Part shown: one piece after another, positions 14,762 to 31,680 of the stretch
Layout of the letters: each line of letters starts with the position of its first letter
How positions within the stretch are numbered: position 1 is the stretch's first letter
DNA from: the human T2T-CHM13v2.0 reference genome, Homo sapiens
DNA: 64,000 nt
NCBI RefSeq assembly: GCF_009914755.1
Contig: NC_060948.1
Strand: one strand, 5' to 3'
Program-made: the position numbers and the translations under genes
Notes under the pieces: model-generated
Told to the model about the DNA's origin: nothing
Seen by the model: the letters and a program-made list of their open reading frames with translations, nothing else
The model's database searches: none

Positions 14762-16889
14762 AGATCCATATTTTTTAAATGAAAAAAAATTTCCAAGGTA
14801 CTCTGCTTGGTACAATAATCAAATGTATAAACTGAGGAATAAAACATAACCATGAAACCTACTTATAACTGCATATGGAAAATACAGAGGATAATTTTTT
14901 AAATAACATATTTTGAAAGCCTTAACTAGTAATTTGAAGAGTTGGCATTTGAAAGGCCAGTATGAATATACCTTCAAAGCAGCAACACAGGTTCCCCATG
15001 AGAAAAAGCAAACACAGGGGAAATAAAAACACAAAGGTTCAATCTCTTCTGACCTTTGAAAGACACAGCACAGACAGTGGTCCTTAGGACGAAGAGCAGG
15101 AGACCCCTAATTCCGTCACCATGGCGATAGGGCATAAACATTGCTGGGTGAGGGCACAATCCACATTGTGAGGTCCAACTGCTGCCAGGAAGACAGGAGT
15201 GCTTTTACATAGACCGAAAGGTCATTGAAGGCTCAGAGTTTTGTTTCAAGAACTGAATCCCAAGCCCACACGTTATTAGGCTGCGCTTCTTAAAACAAGT
15301 TATGAGATGGGAAAAAGGGCACCCACAAACATACGTATACATTATGTATATAATAATATACAGTATCATATATATAATATATATAACCTATGTATAATAT
15401 TGTTTTACATCCTGCATCTTATGTTATATATATTGTATAAAATATAATAATTGATAATCTATAAGTTTTATAATTATACAATATGACATATAGTATATAT
15501 TATAATTTATGACATATATAATATATGTTATATATCATATATAGAATATATTATACGGTTAATATACGTATTAAATATAAATTATACATTATATATATTA
15601 TATATAATATATCTGTTATATATAATACCCATTATGCATAATATATATATTATGTCTATGTTATATATAGTATAAAACAACATATAATAATATATAATTG
15701 TATATATAAAATGTGACATATAATATATATTATATTTTATAACATATGTAATATATATTATATATTATATATAATACGTTGTATGTATAATACCTATATT
15801 AAATATATATTATATGACTATGTTATTAATTACATGTCACATGTGTTATATATTATATATTTTACATAGAATATACCGGTTACATACAATATATACTATG
15901 TTACCTATAATGTATAATTTATTACATGTAAAATAAAGAATGCAATATATTATGTATAATTTATAATATACAATATGTGGAATGTGATATATATAACATA
16001 TATTATATGATATATGATATACAGTATATGATATATAACATACAATATATGATTCCTAATATATATGGTATACAATATATATTTTATGATATGTATTCTA
16101 TATGTTTTATATTCTGTTATATATAACTATTTGAAATTATATATAACTGTATAATATTTTATGTAAATATGTAATATAATATATATAACTATATAATATA
16201 TTATATATAACTATATATTATGTTATATATACTTTTATAACATAATTTACATAAAATATCATAATATAATATATATTATATTATTTCATATTACATAATA
16301 TATATTACATATCACCCAATATAACTAACATACATAATATTATAATATAGATTATATTGTGTTATATTAAATATCATATATATCATGTATCATATATTCT
16401 ATTATATATATTACACATTATATCATATGTATGTTGTCTATTATGTGATATATATAACTCTATATATAATTATATTTTTATACATATAACTAGATAAACA
16501 TGTAATTCTACATATTTTCATTTATAATATGTAGAATTATATAATCATATATAATTATTTATATTCTATAAAAAATTTTATCATTATATAAATTATAATA
16601 TATAAAAATTATAATATGTACTACAAATATATATATTATATATCATATATGATATAGTACCTTTGTTATATATCATAATACATATAAATGTGTATTATGT
16701 TATATATAATTATATAATTTCATATATAAGATGTATAATATGTATCATATATTATATATGTTATGTAATATATACAGTATATATAAGATGACACAGGATA
16801 AATATTATATACTATGACATATAAAATATATGAGGTTATATGTTACATATAAGGCATAGCACATAACATGTAATATATATCATATATAA

Positions 16890-17181
16890 TTTTTTTTTAG
16901 ACAGAATCTTGTCCTGTTGCACAAGGTGGGGTACAATGGCGCCATCTTTGCTCACTGCAACTTCTGCCTCACGGGTCCAAGCGATTGTCCTCCCTCAGCC
17001 TCCCAGGTAGCTGGGACTACACCACACTGGGACTACACCAGCTGCCACCATGCCTAGCTAATTTTTTGGATTTTTAGTAGTGACAGCGTTTCACTGTATT
17101 GGCCAGGATGGTCTTGATCTCTTCACCTTGTGATCCCCTTGCCTTGGCCTCCAAATTTGCTGGGATTACAGGCCTGAGCCA
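16890..17181 (-). mobile_element. Alu remnant, U8
   Basis: Same Alu motifs at unit periodicity. Confidence 0.9.
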
Positions 17182-19309
17182 AGATCCATATTTTTTAAAT
17201 GAAAAAAAATTTCAAAGGTACTCTGCTTGGTACAATAATCAAATGTATAAACTGAGGAATAAAACATAACCATGAAACCTACTTATAACTGCATATGGAA
17301 AATACAGAGGATAATTTTTTAAATAACATATTTTGAAAGCCTTAACTAGTAATTTGAAGAGTTGGCATTTGAAAGGCCAGTATGAATATACCTTCAAAGC
17401 AGCAACACAGGTTCCCCATGAGAAAAAGCAAACACAGGGGAAATAAAAACACAAAGGTTCAATCTCTTCTGACCTTTGAAAGACACAGCACAGACAGTGG
17501 TCCTTAGGACGAAGAGCAGGAGACCCCTAATTCCGTCACCATGGCGATAGGGCATAAACATTGCTGGGTGAGGGCACAATCCACATTGTGAGGTCCAACT
17601 GCTGCCAGGAAGACAGGAGTGCTTTTACATAGACCGAAAGGTCATTGAAGGCTCAGAGTTTTGTTTCAAGAACTGAATCCCAAGCCCACAGGTTATTAGG
17701 CTGCGCTTCTTAAAACAAGTTATGAGATGGGAAAAAGGGCACCCACAAACATACGTATACATTATGTATATAACAATATACAGTATCATATATATAATAT
17801 ATATAACCTATGTATAATATTGTTTTACATCCTGCATCTTATGTTATATATATTGTATAAAATATAATAATTGATAATATATAAGTTTTATAATTATACA
17901 ATATGACATATAGTATATATTATAATTTATGACATATATAATATATGTTATATATCATATATAGAATATATTATACGGTTAATATACGTATTAAATATAA
18001 ATTATACATTATATATATTATATATAATATATCTGTTATATATAATACCCATTATGCATAATATATATGTTATGTCTATGTTATATATAGTATAAAACAA
18101 CATATAATAATATATAATTGTACATATAAAATGTGACATATAATATATATTATATTTTATAACATATGTAATATATATTATATATTATATATAATACGTT
18201 GTATGTATAATACCTATATTAAATATATATTATATGACTATGTTATTAATTACATGTCACATGTGTTATATATTATATATTTTACATAGAATATACCGGT
18301 TACATACAATATATACTATGTTACCTATAATGTATAATTTATTACATGTAAAATAAAGAATGCAATATATTATGTATAATTTATAATATACAATATGTGG
18401 AATGTGATATATATAACATATAATATATGATATATGATATACAGTATATGATATATAACATACAATATATGATTCCTAATATATATGGTATACAATATAT
18501 ATTTTATGATATGTATTCTATATGTTTTATATTCTGTTATATATAACTATTTGAAATTATATATAACTGTATAATATTTTATGTAAATATGTAATATAAT
18601 ATATATAACTATATAATATATTATATATAACTATATATTATGTTATATATACTTTTATAACATAATTTACATAAAATATCATAATATAATATATATTATA
18701 TTATTTCATATTACATAATATATATTACATATCACCCAATATAACTAACATACATAATATTATAATATAGATTATATTGTGTTATATTAAATATCATATA
18801 TATCATGTATCATATATTCTATAATATATATTACACATTATATCATATGTATGTTGTCTATTATGTGATATATATAACTCTATATATAATTATATTTTTA
18901 TACATATAACTAGATAAACATGTAATTCTACATATTTTCATTTATAATATGTAGAATTATATAATCATATATAATTATTTATATTCTATAAAAAATTTTA
19001 TCATTATATAAATTATAATATATAAAAATTATAATATGTACTACAAATATATATATTATATATCATATATGATATAGTACCTTTGTTATATATCATAATA
19101 CATATAAATGTGTATTATGTTATATATAATTATATAATTTCATATATAAGATGTATAATATGTATCATATATTATATATGTTATGTAATATATACAGTAT
19201 ATATAAGATGACACAGGATAAATATTATATACTATGACATATAAAATATATGAGGTTATATGTTACATATAATGCATAGCACATAACATGTAATATATAT
19301 CATATATAA

Positions 19310-19601
19310 TTTTTTTTTAGACAGAATCTTGTCCTGTTGCACAAGGTGGGGTACAATGGGGCCACCTTTGCTCACTGCAACTTCTGCCTCACGGGTCCAA
19401 GCGATTGTCCTCCCTCAGCCTCCCAGGTAGCTGGGACTACACCACACTGGGACTACACCAGCTGCCACCATGCCTAGCTAATTTTTTGGATTTTTAGTAG
19501 TGACAGCGTTTCACTGTATTGGCCAGGATGGTCTTGATCTCTTCACCTTGTGATCCCCTTGCCTTGGCCTCCAAATTTGCTGGGATTACAGGCCTGAGCC
19601 A
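19310..19601 (-). mobile_element. Alu remnant, U9
   Basis: Same Alu motifs at unit periodicity. Confidence 0.9.
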
Positions 19602-21722
19602 AGATCCATATTTTTTAAATGAAAAAAAATTTCAAAGGTACTCTGCTTGGTACAATAATCAAATGTATAAACTGAGGAATAAAACATAACCATGAAACCT
19701 ACTTATAACTGCATATGGAAAATACAGAGGATAATTTTTTAAATAACATATTTTGAAAGCCTTAACTAGTAATTTGAAGAGTTGGCATTTGAAAGGCCAG
19801 TATGAATATACCTTCAAAGCAGCAACACAGGTTCCCCATGAGAAAAAGCAAACACAGGGGAAATAAAAACACAAAGGTTCAATCTCTTCTGACCTTTGAA
19901 AGACACAGCACAGACAGTGGTCCTTAGGACGAAGAGCAGGAGACCCCTAATTCCGTCACCATGGCGATAGGGCATAAACATTGCTGGGTGAGGGCACAAT
20001 CCACATTGTGAGGTCCAACTGCTGCCAGGAAGACAGGAGTGCTTTTACATAGACCGTAAGGTCATTGAAGGCTCAGAGTTTTGTTTCAAGAACTGAATCC
20101 CAAGCCCACACGTTATTAGGCTGCGCTTCTTAAAACAAGTTATGAGATGGGAAAAAGGGCACCCACAAACATACGTATACATTACGTATATAATAATATA
20201 CAGTATCATATATATAATATATATAACCTATGTATAATATTGTTTTACATCCTGCATCTTATTTTATATATATTGTATAAAATATAATAATTGATAATAT
20301 ATAAGTTTTATAATTATACAATATGACATATAGTATATATTATAATTTATGACATATATAATATATGTTATATATCATATATAGAATATATTATACGGTT
20401 AATATACGTATTAAATATAAATTATACATTATGTATATTATATATAATATATCTGTTATATATAATACCCATTATACATAATATATATATTATGTCTATA
20501 TTATATATAGTATAAAACAACATATAATAATATATAATTGTATATATAAAATGCGACATATAATATATATTATATTTTATAACATATGTAATATATATTA
20601 TATATAATACGTTGTATGTATAATACCTATATTAAATATATATTATATGACTATGTTATTAATTACATGTCACATGTGTTATATATTATATATTTTACAT
20701 AGAATATACCGGTTACATACAATATATACTATGTTACCTATAATGTATAATTTATTACATGTAAAATAAAGAATGCAATATATTATGTAAAATTTATAAC
20801 ATACAATATGTGGAATGTGATATATATAACATATAATATATGATATATGATATACAGTATATGATATATAATATACAATATATGATTCCTAATATATATG
20901 GTATACAATATATATTATATGATATGTATTCTATATGTTTTATATTCTGTTATATATAACTATTTGAAATTACATATAACTGTATAATATTTTATGTAAA
21001 TATGTAATATAATATATATAACTATATAATATATTATATATAACTATATATTATGTTATATATACTTTTATAACATAATTTACATAAAATATCATAATAT
21101 AATATATATTATATTATTTCATATTACATAATATATATTACATATCACCCAATATAACTAACATACATAATATTATAATATAGATTATATTATGTTATAT
21201 TAAATATCATATGTATCATGTATCATATATTCTATAATATATATTACACATTATATGATATGTATGTTGTCTATTATGTGATATATATAACTATATATAT
21301 AATTATATATTTATACATATAACTAGATAAACGTGTAATTCTACATATTTTCATTTATAATATGTAGAATTATATAATCATATATAATTATTTATATTCT
21401 ATAAAAAATTTTATCATTATATAAATTATAATATATAAAAATTATAATATGTACTACAAATATATATATTATATATCATATATGATATAGTACCTTTGTT
21501 ATATATCATAATACATATAAATGTGTATTATGTTATCTATAATTATATAATTTCATATATAAGATGTATAATATGTATCATATATTATATATGTTATGTA
21601 ATATATACAGTATATATAAGATGACACAGGATAAATATTATATACTATGACATATAAAATATATGAGGTTATATGTTACATATAATGCATAGCACATAAC
21701 ATGTAATATATATCATATATAA

Positions 21723-22014
21723 TTTTTTTTTAGACAGAATCTTGTCCTGTTGCACAAGGTGGGGTACAATGGGGCCACCTTTGCTCACTGCAACTTCTGC
21801 CTCACGGGTCCAAGCGATTGTCCTCCCTCAGCCTCCCAGGTAGCTGGGACTACACCACACTGGGACTACACCAGCTGCCACCATGCCTAGCTAATTTTTT
21901 GGATTTTTAGTAGTGACAGCGTTTCACTGTATTGGCCAGGATGGTCTTGATCTCTTCACCTTGTGATCCCCTTGCCTTGGCCTCCAAATTTGCTGGGATT
22001 ACAGGCCTGAGCCA
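21723..22014 (-). mobile_element. Alu remnant, U10
   Basis: Same Alu motifs at unit periodicity. Confidence 0.9.
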
Positions 22015-24135
22015 AGATCCATATTTTTTAAATGAAAAAAAATTTCAAAGGTACTCTGCTTGGTACAATAATCAAATGTATAAACTGAGGAATAAAACAT
22101 AACCATGAAACCTACTTATAACTGCATATGGAAAATACAGAGGATAATTTTTTAAATAACATATTTTGAAAGCCTTAACTAGTAATTTGAAGAGTTGGCA
22201 TTTGAAAGGCCAGTATGAATATACCTTCAAAGCAGCAACACAGGTTCCCCATGAGAAAAAGCAAACACAGGGGAAATAAAAACACAAAGGTTCAATCTCT
22301 TCTGACCTTTGAAAGACACAGCACAGACAGTGGTCCTTAGGACGAAGAGCAGGAGACCCCTAATTCCGTCACCATGGCGATAGGGCATAAACATTGCTGG
22401 GTGAGGGCACAATCCACATTGTGAGGTCCAACTGCTGCCAGGAAGACAGGAGTGCTTTTACATAGACCGAAAGGTCATTGAAGGCTCAGAGTTTTGTTTC
22501 AAGAACTGAATCCCAAGCCCACACGTTATTAGGCTGCGCTTCTTAAAACAAGTTATGAGATGGGAAAAAGGGCACCCACAAACATACGTATACATTATGT
22601 ATATAATAATATACAGTATCATATATATAATATATATAACCTATGTATAATATTGTTTTACATCCTGCATCTTATGTTATATATATTATATAAAATATAA
22701 TAATTGATAATATATAAGTTTTATAATTATACAATATGACATATAGTATATATTATAATTTATGACATATATAATATATGTTATATATCATATATAGAAT
22801 ATATTATACGGTTAATATACGTATTAAATATAAATTATACATTATATATATTATATGTAATATATCTGTTATATATAATACCCATTATGCATAATATATA
22901 TATTATGTCTATGTTATATATAGTATAAAACAACATATAATAATATATAATTGTATATATAAAATGAGACATATAATATATATTATATTTTATAACATAT
23001 GTAATATATATTATATATAATACGTTGTATGTATAATACCTATATTAAATATATATTATATGACTATGTTATTAATTACATGTCACATGTGTTATATATT
23101 ATATATTTTACATAGAATATACCGGTTACATACAATATATACTATATTACCTATAATGTATAATTTATTACATGTAAAATAAAGAATGCAATATATTATG
23201 TAAAATTTATAACATACAATATGTGGAATGTGATATATATAACATATAATATATGATATATGATATACAGTATATGACATATAACATACAATATATGATT
23301 CCTAATATATATGGTATACAATATATATTTTATGATATGTATTCTATATGTTTTATATTCTGTTATATATAACTATTTGAAATTACATATAACTGTATAA
23401 TATTTTATGTAAATATGTAATATAATATATATAACTATATAATATATTATATATAACTATATATTATGTTATATATACTTTTATAACATAATTTACATAA
23501 AATATCATAATATAATATATATTATATTATTTCATATTACATAATATATATTACATATCACCCAATATAACTAACATACATAATATTATAATATAGATTA
23601 TATTATGTTATATTAAATATCATATATATCATGTATCATATATTCTATAATATATATTAGACATTATATAATATGTATGTTGTCTATTATGTGATATATA
23701 TAACTATATATATAATTATATATTTATACATATAACTAGATAAACATGTAATTCTACATATTTTCATTTATAATATGTAGAATTATATAATCATATATAA
23801 TTATTTATATTCTATAAAAAATTTTATCATTATATAAATTATAATATATAAAAATTATAATATGTACTACAAATATATATATTATATATCATATATGATA
23901 TAGTACCTTTGTTATATATCATAATACATATAAATGTGTATTATGTTATCTATAATTATATAATTTCATATATAAGATGTATAATATGTATCATATATTA
24001 TATATGTTATGTAATATATACAGTATATATAAGATGACACAGGATAAATATTATATACTATGACATATAAAATATATGAGGTTATATGTTACATATAAGG
24101 CATAGCACATAACATGTAATATATATCATATATAA

Positions 24136-24427
24136 TTTTTTTTTAGACAGAATCTTGTCCTGTTGCACAGGGTGGGGTACAATGGCGCCATCTTTGCTCA
24201 CTGCAACTTCTGCCTCACGGGTCAAAGCGATTGTCCTCCCTCAGCCTCCCAGGTAGCTGGGACTACACCACACTGGGACTACACCAGCTGCCACCATGCC
24301 TAGCTAATTTTTTGGATTTTTAGTAGTGACAGCGTTTCACTGTATTGGCCAGGATGGTCTTGATCTCTTCACCTTGTGATCCCCTTGCCTTGGCCTCCAA
24401 ATTTGCTGGGATTACAGGCCTGAGCCA
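24136..24427 (-). mobile_element. Alu remnant, U11
   Basis: Same Alu motifs at unit periodicity. Confidence 0.9.
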
Positions 24428-26555
24428 AGATCCATATTTTTTAAATGAAAAAAAATTTCCAAGGTACTCTGCTTGGTACAATAATCAAATGTATAAACTG
24501 AGGAATAAAACATAACCATGAAACCTACTTATAACTGCATATGGAAAATACAGAGGATAATTTTTTAAATAACATATTTTGAAAGCCTTAACTAGTAATT
24601 TGAAGAGTTGGCATTTGAAAGGCCAGTATGAATATACCTTCAAAGCAGCAACCCAGGTTCCCCATGAGAAAAAGCAAACACAGGGGAAATAAAAACACAA
24701 ATGTTCAATCTCTTCTGACCTTTGAAAGACACAGCACAGACAGTGGTCCTTAGGACGAAGAGCAGGAGACCCCTAATTCCGTCACCATGGCGATAGGGCA
24801 TAAACATTGCTGGGTGAGGGCACAATCCACATTGTGAGGTCCAACTGCTGCCAGGAAGACAGGAGTGCTTTTACATAGACCGAAAGGTCATTGAAGGCTC
24901 AGAGTTTTGTTTCAAGAACTGAATCCCAAGCCCACACGTTATTAGGCTGCGCTTCTTAAAACAAGTTATGAGATGGGAAAAAGGGCACCCACAAACATAC
25001 GTATACATTATGTATATAATAATATACAGTATCATATATATAATATATATAACCTATGTATAATATTGTTTTACATCCTGCATCTTATGTTATATATATT
25101 GTATAAAATATAATAATTGATAATATATAAGTTTTATAATTATACAATATGACATATAGTATATATTATAATTTATGACATATATAATATATGTTATATA
25201 TCATATATAGAATATATTATACGGTTAATATACGTATTAAATATAAATTATACATTATATATATTATATATAATATATCTGTTATATATAATACCCATTA
25301 TGCATAATATATATGTTATGTCTATGTTATATATAGTATAAAACAACATATAATAATATATAATTGTACATATAAAATGTGACATATAATATATATTATA
25401 TTTTATAACATATGTAATATATATTATATATTATATATAATACGTTGTATGTATAATACCTATATTAAATATATATTATATGACTATGTTATTAATTACA
25501 TGTCACATGTGTTATATATTATATATTTTACATAGAATATACCGGTTACATACAATATATACTATGTTACCTATAATGTATAATTTATTACATGTAAAAT
25601 AAAGAATGCAATATATTATGTATAATTTATAATATACAATATGTGGAATGTGATATATATAACATATAATATATGATATATGATATACAGTATATGATAT
25701 ATAACATACAATATATGATTCCTAATATATATGGTATACAATATATATTTTATGATATGTATTCTATATGTTTTATATTCTGTTATATATAACTATTTGA
25801 AATTATATATAACTGTATAATATTTTATGTAAATATGTAATATAATATATATAACTATATAATATATTATATATAACTATATATTATGTTATATATACTT
25901 TTATAACATAATTTACATAAAATATCATAATATAATATATATTATATTATTTCATATTACATAATATATATTACATATCACCCAATATAACTAACATACA
26001 TAATATTATAATATAGATTATATTGTGTTATATTAAATATCATATATATCATGTATCATATATTCTATAATATATATTACACATTATATCATATGTATGT
26101 TGTCTATTATGTGATATATATAACTCTATATATAATTATATTTTTATACATATAACTAGATAAACATGTAATTCTACATATTTTCATTTATAATATGTAG
26201 AATTATATAATCATATATAATTATTTATATTCTATAAAAAATTTTATCATTATATAAATTATAATATATAAAAATTATAATATGTACTACAAATATATAT
26301 ATTATATATCATATATGATATAGTACCTTTGTTATATATCATAATACATATAAATGTGTATTATGTTATATATAATTATATAATTTCATATATAAGATAT
26401 ATAATATGTATCATATATTATATATGTTATGTAATATATACAGTATATATAAGATGACACAGGATAAATATTATATACTATGACATATAAAATATATGAG
26501 GTTATATGTTACATATAAGGCATAGCACATAACATGTAATATATATCATATATAA

Positions 26556-26847
26556 TTTTTTTTTAGACAGAATCTTGTCCTGTTGCACAAGGTGGGGTAC
26601 AATGGCGCCATCTTTGCTCACTGCAACTTCTGCCTCACGGGTCCAAGCGATTGTCCTCCCTCAGCCTCCCAGGTAGCTGGGACTACACCACACTGGGACT
26701 ACACCAGCTGCCACCATGCCTAGCTAATTTTTTGGATTTTTAGTAGTGACAGCGTTTCACTGTATTGGCCAGGATGGTCTTGATCTCTTCACCTTGTGAT
26801 CCCCTTGCCTTGGCCTCCAAATTTGCTGGGATTACAGGCCTGAGCCA
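26556..26847 (-). mobile_element. Alu remnant, U12
   Basis: Same Alu motifs at unit periodicity. Confidence 0.9.
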
Positions 26848-28952
26848 AGATCCATATTTTTTAAATGAAAAAAAATTTCAAAGGTACTCTGCTTGGTACA
26901 ATAATCAAATGTATAAACTGAGGAATAAAACATAACCATGAAACCTACTTATAACTGCATATGGAAAATACAGAGGATAATTTTTTAAATAACATATTTT
27001 GAAAGCCTTAACTAGTAATTTGAAGAGTTGGCATTTGAAAGGCCAGTATGAATATACCTTCAAAGCAGCAACACAGGTTCCCCATGAGAAAAAGCAAACA
27101 CAGGGGAAATAAAAACACAAAGGTTCAATCTCTTCTGACCTTTGAAAGACACAGCACAGACAGTGGTCCTTAGGACGAAGAGCAGGAGACCCCTAATTCC
27201 GTCACCATGGCGATAGGGCATAAACATTGCTGGGTGAGGGCACAATCCACATTGTGAGGTCCAACTGCTGCCAGGAAGACAGGAGTGCTTTTACATAGAC
27301 CGAAAGGTCATTGAAGGCTCAGAGTTTTGTTTCAAGAACTGAATCCCAAGCCCACACGTTATTAGGCTGCGCTTCTTAAAACAAGTTATGAGATGGGAAA
27401 AAGGGCACCCACAAACATACGTATACATTATGTATATAATAATATACAGTATCATATATATAATATATATAACCTATGTATAATATTGTTTTACATCCTG
27501 CATCTTATGTTATATATATTGAATAAAATATAATAATTGATAATATATAAGTTTTATAATTATACAATATGACATATAGTATATATTATAATTTATGACA
27601 TATATAATATATGTTATATATCATATATAGAATATATTATACGGTTAATATACGTATTAAATATAAATTATACATTATATATATTATATATAATATATCT
27701 GTTATATATAATACCCATTATGCATAATATATATGTTATGTCTATGTTATATATAGTATAAAACAACATATAATAATATATAATTGTACATATAAAATGT
27801 GACATATAATATATATTATATTTTATAACATATGTAATATATATTATATATTATATATAATACGTTGTATGTATAATACCTATATTAAATATATATTATA
27901 TGACTATGTTATTAATTACATGTCACATGTGTTATATATTATATATTTTACATAGAATATACCGGTTACATACAATATATACTATGTTACCTATAATGTA
28001 TAATTTATTACATGTAAAATAAAGAATGCAATATATTATGTATAATTTATAATATACAATATGTGGAACGTGATATATATAACATATAATATATGATATA
28101 TGATATACAGTATATGATATATAACATACAATATATGATTCCTAATATATATGGTATACAATATATATTTTATGATATGTATTCTATATGTTTTATATTC
28201 TGTTATATATAACTATTTGAAATTATATATAACTCTATAATATTTTATGTAAATATGTAATATAATATATATAACTATATAATATATTATATATAACTAT
28301 ATATTATGTTATATATACTTTTATAACATAATTTACATAAAATATCATAATATAATATATATTATATTATTTCATATTACATAATATATATTACATATCA
28401 CCCAATATAACTAACATACATAATATTATAATATAGATTATATTGTGTTATATTAAATATCATATATATCATGTATCATATATTCTATAATATATATTAC
28501 ACATTATATCATATGTATGTTGTCTATTATGTGATATATATAACTCTATATATAATTATATTTTTATACATATAACTAGATAAACATGTAATTCTACATA
28601 TTTTCATTTATAATATGTAGAATTATATAATCATATATAATTATTTATATTCTATAAAAAATTTTATCATTATATAAATTATAATATATAAAAATTATAA
28701 TATGTACTACAAATATATATATTATATATCATATATGATATAGTACCTTTGTTATATATCATAATACATATAAATGTGTATTATGTTATCTATAATTATA
28801 TAATTTCATATATAAGATGTATAATATGTATCATATATTATATATGTTATGTAATATATACAGTATATATAAGATGACACAGGATAAATATTATATACTA
28901 TGACATATAAAATATATGAGGTTATATGTTACATATAAGGCATAGCACATAA

Positions 28953-29267
<315 letters not shown>

Positions 29268-31388
29268 AGATCCATATTTTTTAAATGAAAAAAAATTTCA
29301 AAGGTACTCTGCTTGGTACAATAATCAAATGTATAAACTGAGGAATAAAACATAACCATGAAACCTACTTATAACTGCATATGGAAAATACAGAGGATAA
29401 TTTTTTAAATAACATATTTTGAAAGCCTTAACTAGTAATTTGAAGAGTTGGCATTTGAAAGGCCAGTATGAATATACCTTCAAAGCAGCAACACAGGTTC
29501 CCCATGAGAAAAAGCAAACACAGGGGAAATAAAAACACAAAGGTTCAATCTCTTCTGACCTTTGAAAGACACAGCACAGACAGTGGTCCTTAGGACGAAG
29601 AGCAGGAGACCCCTAATTCCGTCACCATGGCGATACGGCATAAACATTGCTGGGTGAGGGCACAATCCACATTGTGAGGTCCAACTGCTGCCAGGAAGAC
29701 AGGAGTGCTTTTACATAGACCGAAAGGTCATTGAAGGCTCAGAGTTTTGTTTCAAGAACTGAATCCCAAGCCCACACGTTATTAGGCTGCGCTTCTTAAA
29801 ACAAGTTATGAGATGGGAAAAAGGGCACCCACAAACATACGTATACATTATGTATATAATAATATACAGTATCATATATATAATATATATAACCTATGTA
29901 TAATATTGTTTTACATCCTGCATCTTATGTTATATATATTATATAAAATATAATAATTGATAATATATAAGTTTTATAATTATACAATATGACATATAGT
30001 ATATATTATAATTTATGACATATATAATATATGTTATATATCATATATAGAATATATTATACGGTTAATATACGTATTAAATATAAATTATACATTATAT
30101 ATATTATATGTAATATATCTGTTATATATAATACCCATTATGCATAATATATATATTATGTCTATGTTATATATAGTATAAAACAACATATAATAATATA
30201 TAATTGTATATATAAAATGAGACATATAATATATATTATATTTTATAACATATGTAATATATATTATATATAATACGTTGTATGTATAATACCTATATTA
30301 AATATATATTATATGACTATGTTATTAATTACATGTCACATGTGTTATATATTATATATTTTACATAGAATATACCGGTTACATACAATATATACTATGT
30401 TACCTATAATGTATAATTTATTACATGTAAAATAAAGAATGCAATATATTATGTAAAATTTATAACATACAATATGTGGAATGTGATATATATAACATAT
30501 AATATATGATATATGATATACAGTATATGATATATAACATACAATATATGATTCCTAATATATATGGTATACAATATATATTTTATGATATGTATTCTAT
30601 ATGTTTTATATTCTGTTATATATAACTATTAGAAATTACATATAACTGTATAATATTTTATGTAAATATGTAATATAATATATATAACTATATAATATAT
30701 TATATATAACTATATATTATGTTATATATACTTTTATAACATAATTTACATAAAATATCATAATATAATATATATTATATTATTTCATATTACATAATAT
30801 ATATTACATATCACCCAATATAACTAACATACATAATATTATAATATAGATTATATTATGTTATATTAAATATCATATATATCATGTATCATATATTCTA
30901 TAATATATATTACACATTATATAATATGTATGTTGTCTATTATGTGATATATATAACTATATATATAATTATATATTTATACATATAACTAGATAAACAT
31001 GTAATTCTACATATTTTCATTTATAATATGTAGAATTATATAATCATATATAATTATTTATATTCTATAAAAAATTTTATCATTATATAAATTATAATAT
31101 ATAAAAATTATAATATGTACTACAAATATATATATTATATATCATATATGATATAGTACCTTTGTTATATATCATAATACATATAAATGTGTATTATGTT
31201 ATCTATAATTATATAATTTCATATATAAGATGTATAATATGTATCATATATTATATATGTTATGTAATATATACAGTATATGTAAGATGACACAGGATAA
31301 ATATTATATACTATGACATATAAAATATATGAGGTTATATGTTACATATAAGGCATAGCACATAACATGTAATATATATCATATATAA

Positions 31389-31680
31389 TTTTTTTTTAGA
31401 CAGAATCTTGTCCTGTTGCACAGGGTGGGGTACAATGGCGCCATCTTTGCTCACTGCAACTTCTGCCTCACGGGTCAAAGCGATTGTCCTCCCTCAGCCT
31501 CCCAGGTAGCTGGGACTACACCACACTGGGACTACACCAGCTGCCACCATGCCTAGCTAATTTTTTGGATTTTTAGTAGTGACAGCGTTTCACTGTATTG
31601 GCCAGGATGGTCTTGATCTCTTCACCTTGTGATCCCCTTGCCTTGGCCTCCAAATTTGCTGGGATTACAGGCCTGAGCCA
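31389..31680 (-). mobile_element. Alu remnant, U14
   Basis: Same Alu motifs at unit periodicity. Confidence 0.9.

Noticed and set aside
23092-23280. I/Y-rich ORFs here and at 39621-39845
   Set aside because: These are translations of TA-rich low-complexity DNA, opened by single-unit mutations.
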